Shown: in pieces, positions 1-8,248 of the stretch | How positions within the stretch are numbered: position 1 is the first letter of the stretch | Layout: the number at the start of each line of letters is the position of its first letter | Assembly (NCBI GenBank): GCA_963674735.2 | Contig: CAXXQS010000001.1 | Span: forward strand, 576,001-640,000 | Direction of reading: 5' to 3' | DNA from: Myxococcota bacterium | GTDB lineage: Bacteria; Myxococcota_A; SURF-8 | Length of the DNA: 64,000 nucleotides | Position numbers and translations under genes: made by a program | Notes under the pieces: model-generated | Seen by the model: the letters and a program-made list of their open reading frames with translations, nothing else | Told to the model about the DNA's origin: nothing | Databases searched by the model: none

Positions 1-3
1 ACC

Positions 4-600
4 ATGGCTACTACAGAGAATATCCGAAGCCGGGCAAGACAGCTAAAACAAGGCCAACCCTACACCGTTAAGGACTTCCTTAAATTTGGAAGCCGGGCGG
101 CAGTTGACCAGGCTCTCACCCGTCTGGTTCGGGAAGGACTCCTATCAAGACCTGTCCGTGGCGTCTACGTCCGACCCAAAATGAACCCCTATACAGGTGA
201 GGTTCCCCCGGAGCCCATCGAAATAGCCAAGGCAATGGCAAAGGAGGCGGGAGCCGAGATTCAAGTTCACGGGGCCGAAGCAGCCCGACAAATGGGATTC
301 ACTACTCAGGTGTCGGTTCGGAATGTCTTCTACACCACGGGGCCCAGCCGCACGTTTCATCTTGGGAATTTGGAGGTGACTCTGAAGAAGGTGAGTCCCC
401 GAAAACTGGCTTTGTCTGGGAAACCTGGTATTGCATTGAATGCTCTATGGTATCTCGGCAAGTCGGGTGTTAACGTCGAAGCTATCGAAAAAGTTAAGTC
501 CAGCCTGAGTCCGGCAGAGTTCGAGAAACTGAAGTCAGCTTCCATGCCTGGGTGGATGCATGATGCTTTCATCGAATATGAAGAAGGTGAAAGGGAATGA
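4..600 (+). CDS. DUF6088 / AbiEi-like type IV TA antitoxin (wHTH)
   Basis: N-terminal FLKFGSRAAVDQALTRLVREG...RGVY and GAEAARQMGFTTQV motifs typical of DUF6088. Confidence 0.75.
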   Translation: MATTENIRSRARQLKQGQPYTVKDFLKFGSRAAVDQALTRLVREGLLSRPVRGVYVRPKMNPYTGEVPPEPIEIAKAMAKEAGAEIQVHGAEAARQMGFTTQVSVRNVFYTTGPSRTFHLGNLEVTLKKVSPRKLALSGKPGIALNALWYLGKSGVNVEAIEKVKSSLSPAEFEKLKSASMPGWMHDAFIEYEEGERE

Positions 601-647
601 CTGAATTCCTGAAACTTCCACTCAAAGATCAGACGGAAAAATTGTAA
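597..647 (+). pseudogene. Probable truncated AbiEii-like toxin N-terminus (MTEFLKLPLKDQTEKL*)
   Basis: ATGA overlap with the antitoxin stop, RBS-like GAAGG/AGGGA upstream, stop after 16 codons where AT-rich DNA begins. Confidence 0.5.
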
Positions 648-813
648 AATATTTATTTGACATGCAATGACTTGTATGAGACATTTTGGGTGTAATTGTT
701 CTTTAGAGAATTGGTGTTCGTTGCATGTCGATTATCATCGACGCTTCCGATTCGTGAGCAACTCACGAAATCTTAAGACACCGAGTTTAGTTTCATTAAG
801 ATAACGTACCTAC

Positions 814-2604
814 ATGATAGGATGTGCCATGAGTGATTTCAATGTAGTTGAGCCAGATGAATTAGCTAAATCCCCGCTGTCTTTTCAGTTGGAGGGTTTT
901 GGTCTGTCTGCTATTGATGCCGAATTTTTAACACGGATTATAGTGCATGGCGGATTTATATGTTGTGAAGATGATTCTACCCCCCTTTATAGTCCAATAA
1001 TGATGGAATATGATGAGTTTGTAGATAGAATCGTTTCGGATTCTCCTGATATAGAAATAGCCGATAGTGATAAGAACACATTACTATTAGATTCGATTAA
1101 GAATCTAGTATCCAAATACTATGAATGCCGTGATGCTATGCTTTTGGCAATTATGGCACATTTGGCCGATACGTACATTGAGAGAAAACTGGGTATCTTT
1201 CCACCAGTTTACAATAGTAACTGGTGGAAGCAGTTTTTAAAGCCATCAGATCCTTTTAAGCCAATTGTTTGGGAAAAAGCACTAAAAGAATATCTTGAAA
1301 TAAGTTCAAACAAAATAACTATTAAGTTTTTTAAGTCACTAATTAGTACGTTACCACGAGACCAAAAGGACTTTTGGTTATCAGCCATAGATTGGTCCCT
1401 GCTTCGAGATAATTCAGTCCCAATTCACGAACGTAAAAAAGATCCCCGATGTTTTGGATTCTGGTTCCATATGGCACGAAGTCTCCGAAAGGTTTTTGAA
1501 AACGAGAAAGTTTGCGACTTTATATTTACGAACCTAGAAAAAGAATCAGAAGAAACAATTGGTGTAGTTGCATTTTCACTTGCCAGTGAAATGGCACAGA
1601 CCATCAGCTTGAATGAACATCTTGCAGATACACCTTGGGATTCAACATGTGTAAACAGAGACAAAAGCATTGTTGATCTGCTGATTAGAAAGCTGGAGAC
1701 ATCAGAATCTGACGAATTGTTAAAAAGGGCTATTGTACGCTTCATGATTCTGGAAGGAAGGTCAAACATAAAAACCAAATTCGGTGTACCCCTAATCTCT
1801 TTATCATTTGGGGAAGATGATCATCTAGATTTGACTGGAGCTGCTGAAAGTGCAGCCCCCCAGGAAACAGACTTTTTGCCCACAGCCAAAAAAGAACTTG
1901 GACAAATAAGACGGTTGCTGAAAATCGATTCTATAGGAGAGTTTGACCCCAGCAATTTGTATGCCCCATTATCATTTTTATTCCGTTTCGATAGTCCAAC
2001 TACAGCTTTGGAATTGCTACTCACGTATTTCAGTGCCTGTGAATATCAAATGGTTGCTGACGATTTACGGTATTGGAAAGAGAGTGGTCGTGACGATCCA
2101 CCCGAGCCCTACCGATGGATTGCAGACAGGATTGCCGAAGTCATTCACTCTTTGAAGGACGAACAAGAGGATGACCCCAGACTGAGAGAAATCCGGACAT
2201 CGTTGGCACTATTCTTTATCAAACGATTGAAAACCAGAAACATGGCAAGTGAAGAAGTTGCAATCACTGATGACAGTTTTGTTGAAAACCGATGGGTGTG
2301 GAGATATTTCTACATTCGAGCTTTACGTGAATTGAAGATCAATCCTAAAGGCAGTGGCCATAAAACACTTCGTTGGGTATCCGATAACGACCCGCATGAA
2401 GAAGTGCGTGCAGAAGCAAAGAAAGCCTACAAAGAGCTTCGACATCAGGTCAGCCTACCTTCCCAGGCTTCCCCAAGAAAAGCCTTGTTTGCAGCCTTCT
2501 GGTGGCTGAGACAGGCTCATTTAACGACACTTGGAATTAAGATTGATCCTCAAGGGGCACAACGAACCAGAAGTAAGGAGGTGACGTACACTAAACGCTA
2601 CTAG
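814..2604 (+). CDS. Hypothetical protein, 596 aa, helical with HEAT-like C-terminus
   Basis: Long AT-rich ORF; DNDPHEEVRAEAKKA resembles a HEAT repeat; start may be 829. Confidence 0.7.
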   Translation: MIGCAMSDFNVVEPDELAKSPLSFQLEGFGLSAIDAEFLTRIIVHGGFICCEDDSTPLYSPIMMEYDEFVDRIVSDSPDIEIADSDKNTLLLDSIKNLVSKYYECRDAMLLAIMAHLADTYIERKLGIFPPVYNSNWWKQFLKPSDPFKPIVWEKALKEYLEISSNKITIKFFKSLISTLPRDQKDFWLSAIDWSLLRDNSVPIHERKKDPRCFGFWFHMARSLRKVFENEKVCDFIFTNLEKESEETIGVVAFSLASEMAQTISLNEHLADTPWDSTCVNRDKSIVDLLIRKLETSESDELLKRAIVRFMILEGRSNIKTKFGVPLISLSFGEDDHLDLTGAAESAAPQETDFLPTAKKELGQIRRLLKIDSIGEFDPSNLYAPLSFLFRFDSPTTALELLLTYFSACEYQMVADDLRYWKESGRDDPPEPYRWIADRIAEVIHSLKDEQEDDPRLREIRTSLALFFIKRLKTRNMASEEVAITDDSFVENRWVWRYFYIRALRELKINPKGSGHKTLRWVSDNDPHEEVRAEAKKAYKELRHQVSLPSQASPRKALFAAFWWLRQAHLTTLGIKIDPQGAQRTRSKEVTYTKRY

Positions 2605-2721
2605 TTAAATAATATTATAGAGGTTCACTTTGGGAATTTAAGCATCCCGCCGTTGGCAGCAATGCTGACAGAGTCTCTTCTTACAGTCCGTTATGTAAAC
2701 GAACATTAGGAAGGAAAAACC

Positions 2722-3015
2722 ATGTTATACGAAAACACATTTGTATTGACCCACCATGCCCGGAAACGCCTGCAACAAAGAGGTATCCCGGAAACAGCAA
2801 TATCAGCAATCATTGAATTCGGAACCCGACACCATGCAGGCCAAGGATGTATGGCCTATCATGTAGACCGTCGAGCACTGATGTATGCCAAACACAATGG
2901 CAAGAGAATCGACCAATACAGGAACATTGCCTGCATCATTGCAGAGGGACGAATTGTCGTCACCGTGGAACACGCACCTGACAAGCCGAAGTACTGGAAA
3001 GGGGGTGGAAGATGA
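2722..3015 (+). CDS. DUF4258-family small protein (RelE-like fold)
   Basis: LTHHARKRLQQRGI...IVVTVEH pattern; RBS AGGAAGG; overlaps the viperin start. Confidence 0.7.
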   Translation: MLYENTFVLTHHARKRLQQRGIPETAISAIIEFGTRHHAGQGCMAYHVDRRALMYAKHNGKRIDQYRNIACIIAEGRIVVTVEHAPDKPKYWKGGGR

Positions 3016-3884
3016 AACAATTACTCCCTCCTTCAGTCAACTGGCATATCTGGGCAATCTGCAATATGTGCTGCAAATTCTGCTTTGCCACTTTCGGTGA
3101 TGTCCGGAAAACATTGAATGGGAAACCATCCTTATCCAGAGCAGAGAATTTGAAGCTGACAAGATTGCTTGGTTCAAACTTCTCCAAGGTTTCACTTGCC
3201 GGGGGCGAAGCCTTGCTTTGCCCATACATTGTGGAAATCTTCACCATTCTTAAACAACAAGGAATAACAACGGCCTTGATTACCAACGGTGCAATGCTGA
3301 TTGACAACCCTTCCCTTCTTGACAAGCTGGCTCCCCATCTCGACTGGATCGGCATCAGTATTGACAGTTTTATCCCATCCGTTCAGGAATCACTGGGCAG
3401 ATCGAGAGCAGGCAATGCATATACACCAGAGCAATATGTCCAGTTATCAAAACGGATAAAGGCATTGGGTATTCGATTGAAAGTCAATACAGTCGTAAAT
3501 GCCCTGAATGTCAATGAAGATATGAGCCATTGGATTTCAAAGATAACCGATGAGCGATGGAAGCTGTTTCAGGTACTGCCTGTTGGTGGCCAGAACGATT
3601 GTAAAATTGACAGCCTGCTAATATCACAAGATGAATTCAGCAACTTTTCCGACAGACACATAAACGCCTTGGGTAGCATTGTGGTGCCAGAAAACAATGA
3701 AGCAATGACAGGCAGCTATGGAATGATCGATCCAGCCGGACGTTTCTTTGACAACGCAACAGGGAAACACAGATATTCTAAACCCATTCTTGATATCGGG
3801 ATAGACAGGGCTTTCCAGCAGGTGACCTTCGACCATGAGTTGTTTAATAGTCGTGGTGGAAAATATGACTGGCAGGGAAAATAA
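3012..3884 (+). CDS. Prokaryotic viperin (pVip), antiviral radical SAM enzyme
   Basis: SVNWHIWAICNMCCKFCFATF, AGGE, WIGISIDS, KVNTVV, RWKLFQVL, ENNEAMTGSYGMIDPAGRFFDN, RGGKYDW: all viperin-family motifs. Confidence 0.92.
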   Translation: MKQLLPPSVNWHIWAICNMCCKFCFATFGDVRKTLNGKPSLSRAENLKLTRLLGSNFSKVSLAGGEALLCPYIVEIFTILKQQGITTALITNGAMLIDNPSLLDKLAPHLDWIGISIDSFIPSVQESLGRSRAGNAYTPEQYVQLSKRIKALGIRLKVNTVVNALNVNEDMSHWISKITDERWKLFQVLPVGGQNDCKIDSLLISQDEFSNFSDRHINALGSIVVPENNEAMTGSYGMIDPAGRFFDNATGKHRYSKPILDIGIDRAFQQVTFDHELFNSRGGKYDWQGK

Positions 3885-3887
3885 GGT

Positions 3888-3998
3888 ATGACAAGGTTTA
3901 TAGGTTTAACAGGCTTGCTTGACCTTCCAGATAAGTTTTTCGATGTACTTATCGAAAACAATGGGGATTGGGATGATTTGTACAGGCAGTTGTTATAG
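3888..3998 (+). pseudogene. Probable internally deleted nucleotide (dNMP-type) kinase remnant, 36 aa
   Basis: MTRFIGLTGL (start of a P-loop strand) fused to LDLPDKFFDVLIENNGDWDDLYRQLL (kinase C-terminal pattern); starts 3 nt after the viperin stop. Confidence 0.55.
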
Positions 3999-4047
3999 AG
4001 GGGCTATGGTGTACCCTGGTGTGGGTACACCATAGGCTCCTGGTCGA

Positions 4048-4098
4048 CCAGGACGCGACGTGAACAATCTTCTCTGTCCACTTAGGGGAATGTTGCCC
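4048..4098 (+). repeat. 51-bp direct repeat, copy 1
   Basis: CCAGGACGCGACGTGAACAATCTTCTCTGTCCACTTAGGGGAATGTTGCCC; 47/51 identical to 4406-4456. Confidence 0.95.
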
Positions 4099-4141
4099 CG
4101 GTTTCTGGTCTATCAAGTCCCCCCTGGTAGGAGGTGACCTG

Positions 4142-4363
4142 ATGAAGAATCAAATCAACAACTCCAATTACCGGGCCCATTACGAGTCCAATCCAAGCAG
4201 AGCAGCCCGACTGCTGGAGGCTTTGGTCAGCAGATTGAAAAATGCGGATGACCCTGATTTAAGCAGGAAGATTTTGACGAATTTGGCCGATGCTCTCGAC
4301 ATTCCAATAACCATTGATGAAGTCAATCAAAAACCCGGCTTGATGGATTTTACTATGGTTTAA
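4142..4363 (+). CDS. Small hypothetical protein between the direct repeats
   Basis: Strong RBS AGGAGGTG, 73 aa ORF. Confidence 0.65.
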   Translation: MKNQINNSNYRAHYESNPSRAARLLEALVSRLKNADDPDLSRKILTNLADALDIPITIDEVNQKPGLMDFTMV

Positions 4364-4405
4364 TCATTCATGAGGGTAGGTACAACAGATACACCCCCAG
4401 GACGC

Positions 4406-4456
4406 CCAGGACGCGACGTAAACGATTTTCTCTATCCACTTAGGGGAATGTTGCCC
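4406..4456 (+). repeat. 51-bp direct repeat, copy 2
   Basis: CCAGGACGCGACGTAAACGATTTTCTCTATCCACTTAGGGGAATGTTGCCC. Confidence 0.95.
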
Positions 4457-4799
4457 TTCATGGGGCAGAAGGGCTTACAGGGGCGATTTGGGCATTCTGG
4501 CAGAATTGTTTTGTATTGAGGGCGACACATCGTCAGTACATTAGCCGACCTCATATCGAAACTTTCTACGGAAAGCCAGCTAAGAAGATGAAGCCCCAGT
4601 GAATCCTGAAATCACTCGTTTTCAACCGATTTCCCTGCAAGTTTGTCAATATTTGTCAACGGAATCGAGGAAGCCACCCGCCGCGGTTTTCAACCGCCAT
4701 TTACAGGTGAAGGAACTTTCTTGATTAACCACCATCTGCATGGTAGATTTTACCACCATTCAGATAAAGAAAACACAAGTCGAACCAGTGGAGGATATT

Positions 4800-5984
4800 A
4801 TGAAGCCCCTGCACCTTTTCCTTACGATAGTTGTTGCCCTGAGCATGACCATCTCCATTTCAGGTTGCAACGAGGGCGATGACACTGGGGACACCAACGA
4901 CGGTGATAATAGTGAGGTGGACGGTGATGCTACGGACGGAGATTCTATTTTAGAGGATGGTGATAGAAGTACTGTGGATGGTGACAACACAGATGGTGAT
5001 GACACGGATGGGGATATGGCAGATGGAGATACAACCGATGGCAAGTGGGATTTCGGTGATCCTCCGGAAATTGGATCGCCATGCTTAAAGTTTGAGGACA
5101 AGCGTAAACGCTGTCTGAACGACGATCAGATTGCATATTGTGATTGTGAAAGTCCCAGCTATTCTTCCTGCACATGGGAACTTTCTGATTATGCTAGTGA
5201 TAATGAAAACTGGAAATGCTTTGAGGCATTAAACTTTGTAAGAAGGTATCCCACTTGTGACAGCGGGGAAACATGTGAAGATGTCGAAAACTATAATACC
5301 GGCATTTGTATCACCGATGAAGAGAACTTGGATCTTGAAGGAACATGCATTGAAAGGGATGAAGATAGCGTGCCATGTGCTGGCTTTACGGCCGAGGAAC
5401 AAACTTGTTCGTGGATGGAAATGAACACGAGCTCTTCTGAGGCTTGTAGTTACGATGAAAATTGTATCTGTCCTCCCGAAAAACCCACTTCGACACATTG
5501 TTGTAAAAGCAGTGTGACAGAAGTTCAATGTGGTACTTATTGTGATGCCATCGAAGAACTGATTTGGAGTACGTATGTGAGGAACGCCGGTGTTATTGAT
5601 TGCGATCCCGACCAACAAATGTATCCGGGATATGCCACCTTAAACCCTGAAGAAATTTGTTGCGACTCAGGGGATACCTGCCATGTCCAAGGAGGATTGA
5701 AAATTGCAATTGATGATATGGACTGCGGTCCTGAAGGGTGCATGGATGAAATGGAATACCTGCAACAGGAATGTGATGCAAATAGTGGCACAGTATCAGC
5801 AAACAATCCTTTCTCCGATCTCATGTATACTGGCGATTGTTCTCAATTTCAAGTGGCTCATGAAAGCAAACAAGCTAAATTGGAAAGCGTACAAGGAAGT
5901 TTCTGTTGGATAAATGCTGACATCTCAGCTAGTTGTGATTACTACACCTATGCTCTAGGCTGTACAACATGGGCAAACCAGTAG
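4800..5984 (+). CDS. Cys-rich lipoprotein with acidic DGD-repeat linker
   Basis: GGAGG RBS before ATG 4800; signal peptide with ISGC lipobox; DGD repeats; many Cys. Confidence 0.8.
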   Translation: MKPLHLFLTIVVALSMTISISGCNEGDDTGDTNDGDNSEVDGDATDGDSILEDGDRSTVDGDNTDGDDTDGDMADGDTTDGKWDFGDPPEIGSPCLKFEDKRKRCLNDDQIAYCDCESPSYSSCTWELSDYASDNENWKCFEALNFVRRYPTCDSGETCEDVENYNTGICITDEENLDLEGTCIERDEDSVPCAGFTAEEQTCSWMEMNTSSSEACSYDENCICPPEKPTSTHCCKSSVTEVQCGTYCDAIEELIWSTYVRNAGVIDCDPDQQMYPGYATLNPEEICCDSGDTCHVQGGLKIAIDDMDCGPEGCMDEMEYLQQECDANSGTVSANNPFSDLMYTGDCSQFQVAHESKQAKLESVQGSFCWINADISASCDYYTYALGCTTWANQ

Positions 5985-6170
5985 GTGGCAGTATAAGTAG
6001 ATTGGATAAAGTATTTATCCGACAAAATGCCAGTTGAAGATGCTGGATTGTAGGTTTATCGATCTGCTATAACCTGTCAAATCCCATCCCTCAGCCCCGC
6101 CACAGCCCCGGTCCCTGTTCCAAGGCTTTCCGGTTTGTCTACTGCCAACTTTCCCGAAAATGAATCTTTG

Positions 6171-6207
6171 TGCACCCCACAAAATACTGCACCCCTAAAA
6201 TCTGCCC
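6171..6207. repeat. Short direct repeats (TGCACCCC x2, AAAAT(A)CTGC), integrase arm-site-like
   Basis: TGCACCCC at 6171 and 6188, plus a third degenerate copy, about 80-110 bp from the tRNA fragment. Confidence 0.55.
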
Positions 6208-6282
6208 CGGAACCCATAAAACACCACAACCATAAACTAGAAAAAGATACCTACAATTTCTTGTAAGTACCTAATTTTATTA

Positions 6283-6319
6283 TGGTGCCGAAAGCGAGAC
6301 TCGAACTCGCACATCCGAA
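6283..6319 (-). other. 3' fragment of a tRNA (Leu-like), att-site remnant
   Basis: Reverse complement reads ...GTGCGAGTTCGAGTCTCGCTTTCGGCACCA (T-arm, acceptor 3' strand, CCA); anticodon arm, D arm and 5' strand are absent. Confidence 0.8.
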
Positions 6320-6507
6320 TCAGACTTGTAATCACATTCATGTGGGCTGGTACAGCGGAGCCGACCCGTAGACGGGAACTGGTTCGGATTGTTCAGGACA
6401 TGGTCGATGATCTGGTTGAGGAAATCAGGGACTGATATACAGAATCCGATAGGACAGCAGGCCGGATGGTCAGAGCTGGTTTAACGTCGGTAAATAGGTT
6501 CTGATCA

Positions 6508-6735
6508 TCATCCCTCATCCGATGGTTCTGCCCCGTTCCTGATGGCATCATCATTCGGAAACAAACGAGCCCAAACATCCATCAAAGCATCCTCCAGATT
6601 CGGTTCCAGCCAGTCCGACTCCCTCATGGTCAAAGGTCTTAGTTCAAGGATCTGGCCGGGTTTCATCCCCGGTTCCCAATTCACGACCACGTGCCATCGG
6701 CCTGCAACTTGAATGAAGGGGAGTATGAGCATCAC
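6508..6735 (-). CDS. Small hypothetical protein
   Basis: Coupled (ATGA-type overlap) to the upstream 74-aa ORF. Confidence 0.5.
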   Translation of the reverse strand: MMLILPFIQVAGRWHVVVNWEPGMKPGQILELRPLTMRESDWLEPNLEDALMDVWARLFPNDDAIRNGAEPSDEG

Positions 6736-6956
6736 TCGACCTCCACGTATTGCATCGTCACCTGCAGCAGGTTGTGGAAACTTCCACCTGTAGCCTCCTG
6801 GACGTACCGTTCGACCTGGTCGTGCTGACCTGCATCCTCAAGTGACCGGCAGACCCTTTCGATAATGGCGGAGATTCCGCCAAAATGGCCAATCAACGTC
6901 ACGATGGGTTTTACAACAGGCTCACCGTTTGGTCTTGTCTGGTTCGTTCCTTGCAT
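6732..6956 (-). CDS. Small conserved phage/MGE-type protein
   Basis: KPIVTLIG...AIIERVCRSLEDAG...EATGGSFHNLLQVTMQYVEV resembles a recurrent small phage protein family (recalled, not searched). Confidence 0.6.
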   Translation of the reverse strand: MQGTNQTRPNGEPVVKPIVTLIGHFGGISAIIERVCRSLEDAGQHDQVERYVQEATGGSFHNLLQVTMQYVEVE

Positions 6957-7004
6957 TTCAATCCCTGAAAGTTTTCCCAGAAATTTGGGCTTTCGTCTTA
7001 GTCA

Positions 7005-7238
7005 TCACCCATTCACCATCGGTTCCGGGGCAGGTAAGATTTCCATCAAATCCGTTCCACCGTCGGAAAGGTTTTTCAGTCCATAGGCAATACCTGTGGC
7101 ATTTTCCAAATCACCACCGGCCAACTTTACTTGGCCGATGGTGACACCGTCGACTTCGGTGATAATTTTTACGAGGTGTTCGGTTTCACTGCCGGGGATG
7201 CCATCCCCGACCTTCACTTGTATGGTAAATACCTTCAT
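7005..7238 (-). CDS. Small hypothetical protein
   Basis: GAAGG RBS; lies 12 nt after the upstream stop. Confidence 0.6.
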   Translation of the reverse strand: MKVFTIQVKVGDGIPGSETEHLVKIITEVDGVTIGQVKLAGGDLENATGIAYGLKNLSDGGTDLMEILPAPEPMVNG

Positions 7239-7250
7239 CCTTCAGTCCTT

Positions 7251-7904
7251 TCAGTGGGTTTCGTTGCCGTCTTGAAGAACCGTACCCTCATTTTCCAATT
7301 CCGGGTCATCAAGAATGACACTGAAAGCCCGTCGGCTCAGGCTGACTTGTGTGCCGCTGAAGTCTTCGGGTTTCGTGGTTTCATTCGGGTAATCCATGTG
7401 AATGAAACCCTTATCGGCAAGGTCCAACAGCAGTCGTCTGACCTGCAACCTGTGGGTGATGGTCTTGACATCGAGCATGTTCATCACATCGGAGGTACTG
7501 ACGGAGCCGTAGTAACTCATGGCCAGTTCGCCAACGGAGTATTCAACCATTCCCAGTGCAGTGGATGTCAACGTCAACAGAATCAGCCGAGCATCGGCAT
7601 CCATGTCGGCATCAAGACGGTCCAGACTGAAACCGGATTCATTCTGGGTGTCACGAGTCAGACCCAACCGAACATCGATTTCGGATCGGGTGTACACATC
7701 CAGTTCAAGGAGCTGCTTGGCTCGATGTTCAGCACTGAGGATATTGGCCCGTTGCCTGGATTTCTCGGATTTGCCTTCCAAGATGTCTGAAGTCAGGTCC
7801 TTTACCTGCCGTTCGGAATTCAGCCTGGCTACCCTCAATGGCAAATACCTGCCGAGTTCGTCTTCGAGATATTGGATTGCATTCTCATAGGGTTCGGTTT
7901 TCAT
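7251..7904 (-). CDS. Hypothetical protein resembling the N-terminal winged-helix region of AAA+ ATPases, without an ATPase domain
   Basis: AGGAGAG RBS; PYENAIQYLEDEL...RSEIDVRL...LDRL...RLILLTL pattern; no Walker A. Confidence 0.55.
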   Translation of the reverse strand: MKTEPYENAIQYLEDELGRYLPLRVARLNSERQVKDLTSDILEGKSEKSRQRANILSAEHRAKQLLELDVYTRSEIDVRLGLTRDTQNESGFSLDRLDADMDADARLILLTLTSTALGMVEYSVGELAMSYYGSVSTSDVMNMLDVKTITHRLQVRRLLLDLADKGFIHMDYPNETTKPEDFSGTQVSLSRRAFSVILDDPELENEGTVLQDGNETH

Positions 7905-7968
7905 TTCACTCTCTCCTAATCAGTTGTTTTTTCACCATGCCAGCCGACACATTCGGCTGCTGATTCCT

Positions 7969-8002
7969 CAACAACTGAGAAGTTTGGGAAACTAAGCCAG
8001 AA
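7969..8002 (-). promoter_or_regulatory. Bipartite motif TTCTGGCTTAG-N10-TTCTCAGTTGTTG, copy 1
   Basis: Exact match to the other three copies; upstream of and co-oriented with the ORF starting at 7904. Confidence 0.8.
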
Positions 8003-8091
8003 GGGGTCGATTTTTCTGTTGTTTTTCGATATTTGTTACTACGAGACCTCTTGGTTACGCCATAACCTGTGGATTTTTCACAAGTATTTCT

Positions 8092-8120
8092 TTGACCTGA
8101 AGTCTCAAAAAAGTTATGTT
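8092..8120 (+). promoter_or_regulatory. Candidate sigma70 promoter for hsdR
   Basis: TTGACC-N17-TATGTT. Confidence 0.45.
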
Positions 8121-8248
8121 ATCAAAACTTTAAATGGACGAATTTCAATACGGATGGACCCGGATTGACCTTAGCACCCTGAACCACCCAACAGAGTTCC
8201 TACCGGGAAACCGAATCTCGAATTCAGAATTGTGGAAGGAACTCTACG

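Noticed and set aside
4048-4456. 51-bp repeats as a CRISPR array or DGR TR/VR
   Set aside because: Only two copies with a 307-bp gene-containing spacer; mismatches are mixed transitions, not A-specific; no cas genes
6283-6370. Complete tRNA gene
   Set aside because: Only the T-arm, part of the variable arm and the 3' acceptor strand are present; no matching 5' strand or anticodon arm
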